This document shows, piece after piece, positions 34,474-47,560 of a stretch of 64,000 nucleotides of DNA. The translations under genes and the position numbers were made by a program. The stretch spans positions 1,054,001-1,118,000 of the forward strand of contig MU058221.1 of NCBI GenBank assembly GCA_013265495.1, in the 5' to 3' direction. Position 1 is the stretch's first letter, and every line of letters starts with the position of its first letter. The notes beneath the pieces were generated by a model, which did no database searches, was not told the origin of the DNA, and worked only from the letters and a program-made list of their open reading frames with translations. This DNA comes from Vicugna vicugna. Lineage: Eukaryota.

Positions 34474-36582
34474 GCCCTTTTTTGGATTGAGTTGTTTGCT
34501 GTTTTCTTATTACGTTGTAAGAGCAGCTTATATATTCCGGAGATTAAGCTCTTGTCAGTCTGGTCCTTTGCAAATATTTTTTTCCCATTCTGTAGCTGGT
34601 TGTTTTGTTTTGCTTATGGTTTCCCTCACTGTGCAAAAGCTGATGAGTTTCATTAGGTCCCATTTGTTTATTTGTGCATTTATTCTGTTGCTTGGGTAGA
34701 CTGCCCTAGGAGAACATGGCTGAGATGTATGTCAGGTAATATCTTGCCTATGTTTTCTTCTAAGAGGTTTATAGTGTCTTCTCTTATGCTTAAGTCTTTG
34801 ATCTATTTTGAGTTTATTTTTGTGTGTGGTGTAAGGGAGTGTTCTAGCTTCACTGACTTACATGCCGTCCAGTTTTCCCAACACCATTTGTTGAAGAGAC
34901 TGTCTTTACTCCGTTGTATGTTCTTGCCTCTTTTGTCAAAGATTAATTGACCAAAAGTTTGGGGCTTCATTTCTGGGCTCCCTATTCTGTTCCACAGATC
35001 CGTATGTCTGTTTTTGTACCAATACCGTGCTGTTTTGATTTCTGTAGCTCTGTAGTATTGTCTGAAGTCTGAGAGGGTTATTCATCCAGCTTCATTCCTT
35101 TTCCTCAGTAATGTTTTGGCCATTCTGGCTCTTTTGTGATTTCATATAAATCTTAGGACTATTTGTTCTAATTTCTGTGAAAAATGTCCTGGGTAATCTG
35201 ATAGGGATCACATTAAATCCATAGATTCCTTTGGGCAATCTGGCCATTTTAATAATATTAATTCTTCCAATTCAAGAACATGGGATATCTTTCCATTTCT
35301 TTAAGTCATCTCTAATTTCCTTAGTGAATGCTTTGTAGTTCTCATATAAGTCTTTCACTTCCTTGGTCAGATTTATTCCTAAGTATTTTATTGTTTTGAA
35401 TGCAATTTTAAGACAGATTTTTTTTCTTTACTTTCCTTTTCTGATATTTCGCTGTTACTGTCAAGAAATGCCACTGATTTCTGTATGTGAGTCTTGTATC
35501 CTGCTACCCTGCTGAATTCTTTTATCAGCTCTAGTAGTGTTCATGTGGAGCCTTTGGGGTTTTCTACATATAGTATTAGGTCATCAGCATATAGTGACAA
35601 TTTTACATTTTCTCTTCCAATTTGGATCCCTTTTATTTCCTTTTCTTTTCTAATTGCTATGGGTAGAATGTCCAATAGTATATTGAATAGAAGTGGTGAG
35701 AGTGGGCATCCTTGTCTTGTTCCAGATTTTAGCAGAAAGGCTTCCAGCTTTTCAACATGGAGTATCATGCTGGCTGTAGGTTTGTCATAAATAGCTTTCA
35801 TTATGTTGAGATTGTTCCCTCTATACCCACTTTGGTAAGAGAGTTTTGCTTTTTTATCATAAATGGCTGTTGAATTTTATCAAATGCTTTTTCTGCATCT
35901 GTTGAGATGGTCATGTGATTTTTGTCCTTTCTTTGTTGCTGTGGTGTGTCATGTTGATTGATCTGCATATGTTGAACCGTCCTTGTGTCCCTGGGATGAA
36001 CCCAACTAGATCATGGTGCATGATTTTCTTTTTTATGTGATGTTGGATTCTGTTTGCTGATATTTTGTTGAGGATTTTTGCATCTATGTTCATCAACAGT
36101 ATTGACTTATAGCTTCCTCTTTTGGTGGTGTCTTTGTCTGGCTTTGGTATCAGGCTGATGGTGGCTTCATAGGATGAGTTTGGGAGTGTTCCCTCCTCTT
36201 CGGTCTTTTGGAAGAGTTTGAGAAGGATCAGTATGAGCTCTTCATTGTATGTTTGATAGAATTCCCCCATGAAGCCGTCTGGTCCTGGACTTGTGTTTGC
36301 CGGGAGGTTTTTCATTGCTGATTCTATTTCACTTCTACTCATGTTCTGTTCAAATGATCTATTTCTTCTTGATTCAGTTTTGGTGGACTGTATGTTTCTA
36401 GAAACTTGTTCATTTCTTCCAAGTTGTCCAATTTTATTGCCATGTAGTTGTTGTTCATAGTGTTCCTTTATGATTTTTTTTTTGTATTTCTGTGGTGTTG
36501 GTTGTAATCTCTCCATTTTCATTTCTTATTTTGTTTCTTTGTGTGCTCGGTCTTTTTTTTTTTTTTTTTAGTGAGCCTGGCC
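34474..36582 (-). mobile_element. Relatively young LINE-1 ORF2 fragment including RT
   Basis: Track ORFs 35541-35801 ([17 protein letters not shown]...[15 protein letters not shown] at 35580-35591) and 35911-36522 ([14 protein letters not shown]...[12 protein letters not shown]...GFIPG) are L1 ORF2. The element is frameshifted and both ends are missing. Confidence 0.96.
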
Positions 36583-36589
36583 TGAACAA

Positions 36590-37320
36590 AATTTTTAATA
36601 GTGAATGTTTTACATGTACTTGAAAATAACGTGTGCTCTGGGGTTGCTGAATGAAATATTTTAAAATGCCAATTAGGTCGAGTATCGCTATTGATTTATT
36701 GCCTGCAGTATCTCTTAACTGTTGAAAAAGGGTACTGAGCTCTCCAACTATAATAATGGGTTTCTATATTTCATCTTGCAGTGCTATCATTTTTCAGTCC
36801 TCATATATTTTGATTTTCTGTTTTTAGTGCATATTTTAATGATTTTTATGCCTTCTTAGAGTATCTCTTTATCATTCTTTGTTGCTCCTCTTTACTCCTG
36901 ACAATTTTCTTTGTTTTGAAGTCTGCTTTGCCTGCAGGTAATAGAGCTGCTTCTGCTTTCCTCTGTTTAGTTTAGCTTGGTATACCTTTCCTCATTCCTT
37001 TGTTTTTACCCTATCTGTGTCGTTAAATTTAAAGTAGATTTTTTTTTTGGAAGGCAACATAGTTTATATTCTTATTCACTCTGACAATCTCTGTCTTTCA
37101 TTGGAGTAGTTAAAACATTCACATTGAATGTGATTATTGAAATATCTGTTTTAATGTCTACCGAATTTCTAAGATTTTTCTGTTTTGCACTTTTTCTTTT
37201 ATTTATCTTCTATTTTTCCCCTTCCTTTTCTGGTTTATTTGAGCATTTTATATGACTTCATTTTCTTTCTCTTTTATCATATCAATTAACTTTCTTTTTT
37301 ACATTTTTAAAACTGGTTGC
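36590..37320 (-). mobile_element. Older LINE-1 ORF2-start / inter-ORF remnant
   Basis: gagctctccaactataataatggg (reverse IIIVGE), gaagtctgctttgcctg...ctgctttcct and tattcactctgacaatctctgtctttcattggag. Confidence 0.75.
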
Positions 37321-37611
37321 CCCTAAGACTGCTTTTGATGCAAACTGGCTTTGCCTCTGGAAAACAGCCTCTGAGGCAGAGATTTGTTTGTATAAAACTT
37401 TGGCTATGATACCTTACTCAACCCCTGAAAGGAAAGAATAATGCAGGGGACTCTACAATATATGAGGTGTGAAGCTAAACAAATGCCTTGGCAACTGTTT
37501 CAGTCAAAAAACTAGAAAGAAATACACAAAGAAATGCTGCTTTAAAAAGAGAAAAAAATATAGAAAACCCATCCATAAAATCTTAAAATTTATATATGTA
37601 TAACACACCAA

Positions 37612-38167
37612 GGTAATGGGATGCCATGATTTGGTTCAGTGAATGTTTGTTCAGCAGAGCCCCAGGTGGAGTGTGGGATGGCAAGCCACGGTTCAGCAGC
37701 GTCCCAAGGGAAAGTGAAACAGAAGCCTGCACCCACAAGGCAGGGAGACAAGTTCACAGGAAGCTTCCAGGGGCCCTTCAGGAAGGGGAGGGCAGGGCTC
37801 AGGAAGACTCTAAGCCGCAGGACCGCGGGCACATGCTTTTGTTATGATCTGCGTGTGGAGTGCTTCTGAGGTTCTGACGAAGAACAGATTGGTCAATTCA
37901 AATGAAGAAGGGAGGGGTTTTGGTAAGCTCGGCAGGGTTCCTACCTAAAGCATGCTCAGAGGCAAGAAACTGGCAAGCAGGAGAGACTGCTTATCTTCAA
38001 GGGCGTTGGTGAAGTCGGAGCAGAAACTTACACTTACTTGTGACTGTTGACTTTTATCTGTGGTGTGTATTCACGCGAGAGCCTGCTGTCAGCTCAAGAA
38101 ACTTGCAGGCCCTTATCCACACAGAATGGATGCCAGTGTGGTAATATTATGGAACAGTTTCGCTACA
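37612..38167 (-). mobile_element. Probable ERV1 solo LTR (LTR68/LTR37-like)
   Basis: The minus strand starts TGTAGCGAAACTGTTCCATAATATTACCACACTGGCATCCATT, resembling recalled ERV1 LTR 5' ends. It is a GC-richer block of about 550 bp. Confidence 0.55.
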
Positions 38168-38289
38168 CCCTCAACATGGAATTGGGAGGAGACATGGAAT
38201 AATATTCAACAATTTTAGTACAACTATATATGTTGCCTAAAAAATACTGTGTCACCTACAAGTTGAGGGGTAGTCTGCCCTCACTGTTG

Positions 38290-40170
38290 CTGATGATCAC
38301 CACTGAACCACACTCCTTAATTTATCAATGATGTCAGTTTCTAGATCACTTTTAACCTTTCTAGTATGATTCCCATCTTCATTCTCAATGATATACATAC
38401 AGGTGACTCTTCCAATATTCTTGTCTCTCGTTTCCTTTAACTTCAGTTGTCTCGTACATCGCTTAGTCTCAACCGCGGATTGGATGGTCATATCCTACAA
38501 TTGTTCTTTTCAAGTAGCTGCAAGTCTTCCATAAATTTCATTTGGAACATCTTACTCGTGACCAAAAACTCATATATATCCTTCTCACTTTCTCTACCAC
38601 CCAATCTCCACAATTCTATATCCACCAAAACATCAGATCTCTTTACTCTTTCACCGTCTTGATGGCTCTACTTCCCCAGATCCATAATCATCATAATCGC
38701 TTTTTTGCAAATATCCTGTTCTCCACCCACATATTGACTTGTGTATCATCATGATCGCTTGAAAAAATCACCCCTGATTAAATATAACTCAGCCTACTCC
38801 ACACCCACACTCATGCGACTGAATATGGCTGTAGGAAAAGCAAACACTGTGTTGACAAGCTCCACTTTGAATCACAAATAATGAAGCCATTATCATGAAG
38901 TGGTCTCTAAACGCTGTACAATGATTACACTGTACTTTTCTCATCATGTTTTCTACCTTTCCCCTAGATAACTCTTTCATCTTTTCTCTGTCCTGAAACA
39001 TAAAACCCATTTTCCCCTATGCTCACTCTCCACTGATGAACTTTTGCTATTTCACTGAGAAAAATTCAGCAATCAGATGCAAACTTCCACAAACTCCCAC
39101 AACCTCATTTCCCAGCCCTCCACCATCTGCACCCATGATATCTACCTTCCCACCTGTTACTATAGTGAACCATCTGTGCTCTATATGAAGCCAATATCTC
39201 CACTTGTATATTAGATTCTTCCCCTCTTACTTATTTAAGGAAGTGGTTCCAAGGAGCCTTCCCTCTCTCTTGCTTTGTTTTATTTTCCTCTTTATTATTT
39301 CTTTCAATATAGAGGTATGCTGCCATCTCTCCAATTATTCTTAAAAAATAATATGCCATTGTTTCCTCAGTTTTCTACCAGGTTATCCCATTTCTTTGTT
39401 CCTTTCTGCACCAAGATTTCTTAAAGAAATACCTTTACTGATTGTTTTTGTCTCTAATTTCGCTGTTCTAACTCTCTCTTAAATTCGTTCAAATCAGGCT
39501 TTTGATGTTACCATTCCAGTGCTCATGTCAAAGTCATCAATAATTTTATAATTGCTATAACCATATGAAATGGCTAATTATAAATATCATCTTATCTGAA
39601 GCTTTGGACAGCTTATCACGTTCTCTTTTCTACATTCGATTTCTAATATACCATGCTCATTTGGTTGTGCTCCTACCACACTGATTATTCCTTCTCAGTC
39701 AACTTTTCTTCTTAGTCTTTTTATCTCAGAGCCCTAAACATTGAAGTATGCCGTGATTCAGTCATTGGTTTTCTTCTCAGCTTTAAATAAGCTCACTGCT
39801 TTTCTGATATCTTTAAAAACTATCTAAATTCTAGTGACTCACAAATTTATATTTATAGCTCCAGTTTATTTCCCTAAATTCAGACTCATATCCACACCTT
39901 CCTCAACATCTCCACTTGGTTTAAACAATAATAGCATTTCATTTCATAAAAAGTTAATTTTTTTTGTCTCTCAAACACATCCCATATATAATCTACCACT
40001 CTGAGCTAATATCAACTCATAATCGAATTATCTCATCATTTTTCTCCAACACACAAAATAAAACATTACAGGACATCCTCACGATTGGCTTCACAGTATA
40101 TCCACATGACTTGTCAGAAACTTACGATAAATATCTTGGTACTTTCTAACCATTATCATCTTTTAGATAG
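38290..40170 (+). mobile_element. Long LINE-2 remnant (ORF2 region to 3' part)
   Basis: C/T-rich, with ggtcatatcctacaattg (GHILQL, cf. GHTLDL), caaatcaggctttt...gctcatgtcaaagtcatcaataa and ccctaaattcagactcatatcc...aacatctccacttgg. Confidence 0.8.
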
Positions 40171-40176
40171 TTTTTT

Positions 40177-41938
40177 GTAAAAGAAATAAAAGGGATCCAA
40201 ATTGGAAGCAAAAAGGTAAAATTGTCATCATATGTAGATGACATGATACTATATATAGAAAACCCTAAAGGCTCCACGCAAAAACTACTAGAGATAATAA
40301 AAGAATTTGGCAAGGTAGCAGGATACAAGATTAACATACATAAATCAGTGGCATTTCTTTACACTAACAGTAAAATACCAGAAAAATACATCCAAAACAA
40401 TAAAATATTTAGGAATAATTCTGACCAAGTGAGTGAAAGACTTATATTTGGAGAGCTACAAAACACTATTAAGGAAATGAAAGATGACTTAGAGAAATGG
40501 AAAGATATCCCATGCTCTTGGATTGGAAGAATGAACTCTGTTAAAATGGCCATACTGCCCAAGGCAATCTATAGATTTAATGTGATTCCTATCAAAATAC
40601 CCAGGATATTTTTCACAACTAGAACAAAAAATCCTAAAATTTATATGGAATCACAAAAAACCCTGCATTGCCAAAGCAATACTGAAAGGAAAAGAATGAA
40701 GCTAGAGAAAAAACCCTCTGAGACTTTAGACAATACTACAGAGCTACAGTAATCAAAACAGTGTGGTATTGGCACAAAAACAGACATGGATTAATGTAAC
40801 AAAATAAAGATTCCAGAGATAAACCCACAGACCTATGGTCAATTAATCTTTGACAAAGAAAGCAAGAATATACAATGGAGAAAAGATAATCTGTCCAGCA
40901 AGTAGTGTTGGGAAAACTGGACAGCTGCATGTAAATCAATGAAGTTAGAATACTCCCTCACACCACACACAAAAATAAACTCTAAATGGCTTAAAGATTT
41001 AAACATAAGACAAGGCACTGTAAACCTCCTAGAAGAAAACATAGGCAGAACATCACCTGACATAAATCTTAGCAATATTCTCCTAAGGCAGTCTACCTAG
41101 ACAATAGAAATAAAAACAAAAATTTTAAAAATGGAGCCTAACTAAACTCATAAGTTTTTGAATAGCAAAGAAAACCATAAGCAAAACAAAACAACAATAT
41201 ATGGAATGGAAGAAAATATTTACAAATGATGCAACTGAGCAAGGCTTAATTTCCAAATATATTAAAAGCTTATACAACTTAATAATAAAAAAAAAAGCAA
41301 TCCAATCTAAAAATGGGCAGAAGACCTAAACAAGTAATTCTCCAATGAATATATACAAATGTCCAATAAGCACATAAAAATGCTCAATATTGTTAATTAT
41401 AAGAGAAATGCAAATCAAAACTACAACTACATTACCTCACACCAGTCAGAATGCTCATCATTAAAAAGTCCACATTATACAATGGAATACTATTCATCCA
41501 TAAAAAAGAATATATAATGCCATTTGCAGCAACATGGATGGACCTGGAGATCATCATTCTAAATGAAGTAAGCCAGAAAGAGAAAGAAAAATATCATATG
41601 ATATCACTCATAGATGTAATCTTAAAAAAAAATAGAAAATACTATATAACTCATCCACAAAACAGAAGCAGACCACATATAGTTAGCAACCTTACGGTTA
41701 CCAGATGAAAGAGGGTGGGAAGGGATAAATTTGGGAATATGAGATTTGCAAATGTTAACCACTATATATAAAAATAGATTTTAAAAATGTCTTTTGTATA
41801 GCACAAGGAACTATATTCCATATCTGGTAATAATTTTTAATGAAAATGAATATATGTGTGTCTATGCATGACTGGGACATTGCGCTGTACACCAGAAACT
41901 GACACAGTGTAGCTGATTGCACTTCAACTGAAAAAAAT
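40177..41938 (+). mobile_element. 5'-truncated young LINE-1 (ORF2 RT to 3' end) with an internal deletion near 41472
   Basis: KEIKGIQIG...[16 protein letters not shown] (YVDD 40231-40242), [12 protein letters not shown] and PFAATWMDLEIIILNEVSQ are present. The 3'UTR ends cacttcaactgaaaaaaa. Confidence 0.96.
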
Positions 41939-42243
41939 AGCAAGGCATATGTGCTAATTCTGTGCCCAACCACTCATTCTCCTGTTTTGTTTTTCTGCTT
42001 GTTTTTTTGTTTTTTGTTTGTTTTTTCATTTAAGGGAGTTAGTGTGTGGTTGGAGGCAGTATGGCTTTTTTTAAAATAAAAAGTAAAATATTGGAGTCAG
42101 ATTTTTAAAAATATTTTTCTGTGTGGATTTTTCAATACTCCTTTCACACGCTTACAAGCTCTTTCACACAGAATTTTCCAGGCCTGCATACTCTTCCGTC
42201 TTGTGACAGTACAATGATTGATGACATAAAGATTGCTAACAGT

Positions 42244-42700
42244 TGTTGATTATTTGCTGGGTCTTGTCCCGTTTGCTCTCTGAGCCATTCCAACCCTGAC
42301 CTGCTGTGTGTCTCAGGACACAGACTCCTGCAGCCTGTGCACGGGGAGCTCCTCGGTCAGCTGTCTTCTGGCTCGGTTGATTATGGGATTTGCTGAGGCA
42401 GAAGGAAGAGGGGAGTATTTTTTTCTCCTTCTCTCTCTGGTGGGGGGTGCCTCTGGCATCATCTTCTTCTCTGAGGCTCTAGCACCCACTGGAAAGGCCA
42501 CGGTGACCTGGCCCCAGCTCCCACCAGGTGATCTCCATCGCCGGGGCTGGTGCACCTGTCCTTGGACCCTCCAGCCCAGAGTTGTGAAGGCTTCCTGCTC
42601 TGATCACACGTACAGGTCCCCGATCAGCTCTTCCATCACCCACGTAGCCAGTTCTCTTACAGGATGCTCCCTCTGTTTTGCTTGCAGTGACTGACTGATA
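42244..42700 (+). mobile_element. ERVL solo LTR (LTR33A/B-like)
   Basis: cctgctgtgtgtctcaggacacagactcctgcagcc...gggagtattttttctcctt...ccctccagcccagagttgtgaaggcttcctgct...ctgttttgcttgcagtgactgactgata. Confidence 0.7.
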
Positions 42701-43725
42701 ACTAAGAACATCCTTGTGTGTAAATCTTAGCACTTCTTGGTCTTACTTTGTGTATAAAGTCCTGTTAGTTAACTGCTTGATCCAATGTTGTGCTTTTGAC
42801 TTACAGTGCCAAACTGTCGTCCAGAAGTTTTGCACTCAATAACAGTTTTAAGAGCATGATTTAGGAATTCCTCTTCACTTTCGACAGTGTTGAAGTTAGC
42901 ATTAAAAGACAGACACAGCATTGTCGTTTCATAGTTGCACACACCCCATCGTTCTCTTAATTTGTATTTCTTTGATTTCTGTGGAGGCTGTAAGAAACAT
43001 CTGATATGTTTTCAGTAGATATTTTAGGGTTTTAAATAAATTCTGACACATGTATTTACCCTAAGTTAAAGGTAGCCACAGGTACCATAATCATACCATA
43101 AGTGCTTTCTCTCTCATTGAAGTCAGTTGTGTCTCCTAAGTCTGCCTATGGGACGTTAGTGCACTGCCACTGCATGCTGGCAAGGGAACGTCAAGTCTCT
43201 GACTGGCTCCACTTTCAATTATAACCAGATGCCTGCGGAATAAAACCTCATTAAACATAATATGATTAATAGAGGAGAAAAAGCACTAATTTGGTAGAGT
43301 AGGATAATGAACAAATTACAGTGAATGTCAGTTTAAAATTGTATCTCTTATTGCAGAAATAATGCTTGTTTATTTTAGCTTCTTTTGGAAAAACAGAGAA
43401 ACAAACCAAATTAGCCACAGTTCTCATCTACATAGGAGAAACCCATTGTTAACATTGTTATCTAAGTATATGAAGTGATTTCCACCCATTATAAAAACAA
43501 GTTTAGAAAAATTTATATATTTGTATGATTAGAGCTATATACATAAAAATATATGCATAGCATATACTATGCACTATATATATAATATTATGTATGGCAG
43601 TTTCTTTGGCTAATAAATAGTTGTTATTTTTTTACGTATTCTAACATTTATCTTTGCCTCAAATCTGAGCAGCAAAGAATTGCGCTTTCATTTTGAATTT
43701 TTTTTAATTAAAAATAAATAAATCT

Positions 43726-44235
43726 AGAGACAGAAGTTGTGGTATGTTTATACAATGGAATACTATTCAGCTATAAAGAAGCAGCAACATGGAGGTCCCT
43801 GGAGAATGTCATTCTAAGTAAAGTAAGACAGAAAGAGAAAGAAAAATACCATATGAGATCGCTCATGTGTGGAATCTAAAAAAAAAAAAAAAAAAAGGAG
43901 AAGAAGACAAATGAACTTAAATATAAAACTGAAATAGACTCATAGACATAGAATAGAAACTTGTGGTTGCCAAGGGGGGGTAGACTGGGAGTTTCAAATT
44001 TGTAGATACTGACAGGCATATGTAGAATAGACAAATGAGTTTATACTGTACAGCACAGGGAAATGTATGCAAGATCTTGTGGTGGCTCACAGCGAAAAAG
44101 AATGTGACAATGAATATACGTATGTTCATGTATGACTGAAAAATTGTGCTCTACACTGGAATTTGACACAACATTGTAAACTGACTATAATGCAATAAAA
44201 AATAATAAAATAAAATATATTGGAATTCTTAAAAC
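43726..44235 (+). mobile_element. 5'-truncated camelid-type LINE-1 3' end with TSD
   Basis: tatacaatggaatactattcagc...gtgacaatgaatatacgtatgttcatgtatgactgaaaaattgtgctctacactggaatttgacacaacattgtaaactgactataatgcaataaa, then an A-rich tail. The 13-bp TSD aataaataaatct lies at 43713-43725 and 44236-44248. Confidence 0.93.
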
Positions 44236-45249
44236 AATAAATAAATCTGTAAATAAGTAAAAATAGACAAAACTATTGCCTTTTGTTGTCTGATATCTTC
44301 AGCTTTTAACGAGGTGCTAGAATGTTTCTTTTGTCAGCTGTTGCGTGAATTGAGTGGAGGAGACTCTCAGTAACTCAGGACCTCTTTGTGCGGGGGCCTG
44401 AGTGAAGTCCGCCCTGGCTTCATAGAGCATAAGGATGTCTGAGCTTCTTCTAGGCACCAGGTCTGTGTTCAGCTATGAACAAACACCCCTGTGACTAAGC
44501 AAACAACCATTTTCACGTTGTCCATGAGAAATCTTAATCACCTTTAGGGCCCATCTGTATAAATTTTGTAGGCCATGAATAGAATATCGAACATTTTTCC
44601 TGGTTCTGTTTCATCTTTTCATGTTTGTTAGCTTGATCAACCTTTGATGCATATCTGTGTGTGAAATATCAGTGTAATTTTTGTTACATTGCTTAATTAC
44701 ATATTTTGTAACCATGCAATCAAATTATAGACAAACTAAACAGAAATCCAACAGCTTTCATTATAAAAGATGTATGTGCAAGATATAAAATTTTAGATTA
44801 TTCATTTAATTTAAAGTTATCTACAGAGTTTCCTCCTTTTTGTACTTTTTTTGTGCACAAGTAGCTCAAACATGCACACAGTTTCTCTAGTTCTGGAATC
44901 CCATCTGTTTTTTATTCAGAAAAGTCTTCAGAAGAAAGGCCAGAAAAATGAAAGTGTGGTAACAGACAGACACAGAGCTTATTTAAGCTTGAATTGTAAT
45001 AACAATATTTTAACCAAATACAAATTACTGTTGAAATCGCTTACAAAAATACAGCAAAAGTCAGAATTCTGCATCTGTTGACATACTCTTCCACCTGCGA
45101 ATTCTAACTGGCTGTGTAACAACTTAATCCTAAGAAACATCCTTGTTCCTTACAAAAGTGAGATTATACTTTTAAGAACATGTTAGACTATAAATGGTTC
45201 TCTGGGCATCCTGCAGAGGGTGAGCTGAGAAAGAACTGTTGATATAAAG

Positions 45250-45481
45250 CAGGAGCAGGGAAACTTTCTGTACAAAGGGCCAGACAATACATACTTCAAG
45301 ATTTGCTGGATATACGGTCTCCTTAACAACTACTCAGATTTGCTATTATATTATGACAGCAGCTGCAGACAGTAAGCAAGCTGTGAGGTATAAATGGATA
45401 TACATGTGTTCTAATAAAACTTTATTTAAAAAAAAGTTCATTTCCGTATTTGGTTCCCAGGCCACAGTATGTTCACCAGTG
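45250..45481. mobile_element. MER58A-like hAT-Charlie MITE
   Basis: aaactttctgtacaaagggccagacaata...caactactcagatttgc...tgtgttctaataaaactttattt...ggccacagtatgttcacc. Confidence 0.85.
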
Positions 45482-47169
45482 AAATAAAACGTTTATGGTG
45501 ATTCTTACTAAATTTTTCTCTAGAGTTATTGGAAGATGTTGGAAACTATAGAAAGCACAAAAATAAAACAAAATAAAGATCACACTCTTAATAAATAATT
45601 GATATTAACAATTAACATTTCTTAACCAATTAATGTTAAAAACAAGTTTTTGGCTTAGGTACTTCTAGTTTTTTCTAACAAGATTAAATGTAATTATATA
45701 ACGACTGTATACGTGTTGAGACAAGTCTGTGCATACATTGTCTGTTTCCCTTCTTTTTTCATTTAACCTTACGTGACTATTCAAGAAAGAGACCATTATA
45801 TTTGTGCTTTTGAAATGTCTTCTTTGTGGTGCCTCTGCCCCCTTTTCTTGACGTTCTGCAATAGATTCTTATAGGATCCTACACTTTTACTTCTTTTTAA
45901 TCATTATCATTCTAATCATGACCCAACTGCTTGCCAAAACGTTTCTGCTCACATACACTCTACACAACAGCTCATGAGTGTGGATCTTTAGTAAAGTAAC
46001 ACACGAACCATGAGGCAAGAGCTGTTACGGGGGCATCATAAACGTAGCTGTGAAACAGTCTATCTCTGTAATCCTAGATTCTAAGAGGCGTAGGACTTAA
46101 AAGTCATCATGCTATTGCATTACGTTGCATTACATCCTCAGCCATGACAAAAAGGATAAATGCGGAGTTCTCAAGGACGACAGAGCTTCCAGGAACATTC
46201 TGAATGTTGGTAACATTTCTTTTAGCTCAGCACTGTCTACAGCAGCGGCAACACTGCTGTACATCAGTGACGTAGTTTTTAAGCTTTTCATGCCACACCT
46301 TCCTTTATGTAATTAAGAACAGGTACGGGAGTGGAGGAACGGCATCCTGACATGTAAAAACATCCTCAAATCCGCTGTGTTTAAGGGTCTGAGTATCTGA
46401 TGATCACTGGGTACTGATAAAGGGTATATTCTTAAAGGTTAATGTAGGTTTTGTTGGCCTGGATTTCCATTAAAGTAGAATTTAAGACTTAGGAATTTTT
46501 GAGACACATAAAATTGATAAAATTAGAAAGCAAATGTAAAGAGGCAATTAAGTGGGAGAAATATCTTTAAGGTATCAGGAATAAAAAGACCTTTTTGGAG
46601 GTTCCGGAAAATTCCTTGGAACTTTTCTCTAAAAGGTAAACTTGCATTTCACGCCCCCTCGTTATCTGGGAAATTCCTTCCGCAACACCCACCCGAAGAA
46701 ACAGTTGTTAACACTTCCCTGTGTTGCTCTAACTCCCCAGAGAAAGTGTCAGCATTCTGGGGGGAGGAGAGCCTCAGGCCTTTCAATCTGCAGACTCAGA
46801 GTTGGTTAGATCGTGGATGCTGGCATGAGGGACCCAGGGCGGTGTGTTCACAGGCAGCAGAAGGAAGCAAGCCTGCAGCGGAACGTTTTCGCCAGCCCAG
46901 TGTCTGACTAGCCACGGCTTCGCGGCAAAACTCTCTTGACTCCGACGGCGTCGAGAGAACAATCACACCGTCCCTCTCTCGGTCAGAAATTTTTTTCCAG
47001 GTCTAGTGCAATCAATCTCACAATGATAATGTAGGCTTAAGAGTTTTCCTGGCTGAGTTATAAACTTTTTAATGGCCTTTCTAAAAGGTCCATGGTAGTG
47101 TATTACTGTAAATCATTTCTCAATTTTATTCAGCTCAAAATGTGAATTGCTGCTGCGGTGGGAGCCCTA

Positions 47170-47560
47170 AGCTCTGCAGAGGGTGTAGCAACATGCTAGC
47201 ATAGCCCCTGCCCTCAGGGAACTTACCAGAATGCGGGAGAAGAGAGAACTGGAGATGAAAGCTGGTCTTCACGTGAGGCAGAGTGTGGGAAGTGCTTTAA
47301 GAGAAAATACAGACACAGAGACTTGGAAAGAAAGAGATCACGTCTGGCAAAGTAGATCAGTGACAAACGTGACACGTGCTGACGGCCGTGGGAGGTGGCA
47401 TTGCACTAACCTGGTGCGAGCTGTGTTGAGCAAATTCGCTGAGACAGGGAAGCCAGGCTAACCTTGCAGCGCACGACCAGTTCAGCTTGGAGGCAGCTGA
47501 ATCGCCCAATGTGGGAAGAAGAGTAGAGTGGGAGCAACGTGGGAAGAGAGCCTAACGAAA
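47170..47560 (-). mobile_element. LINE-2 fragment
   Basis: catagcccctgccctcagggaacttaccagaatgcgggaaga is the reversed L2 motif, followed by purine-rich L2-like sequence. Confidence 0.5.

Noticed and set aside
35911..36522. 203-aa ORF as a functional gene (also 40222-40752, 176 aa)
   Set aside because: Both are frameshifted pieces of LINE-1 ORF2 inside truncated elements.
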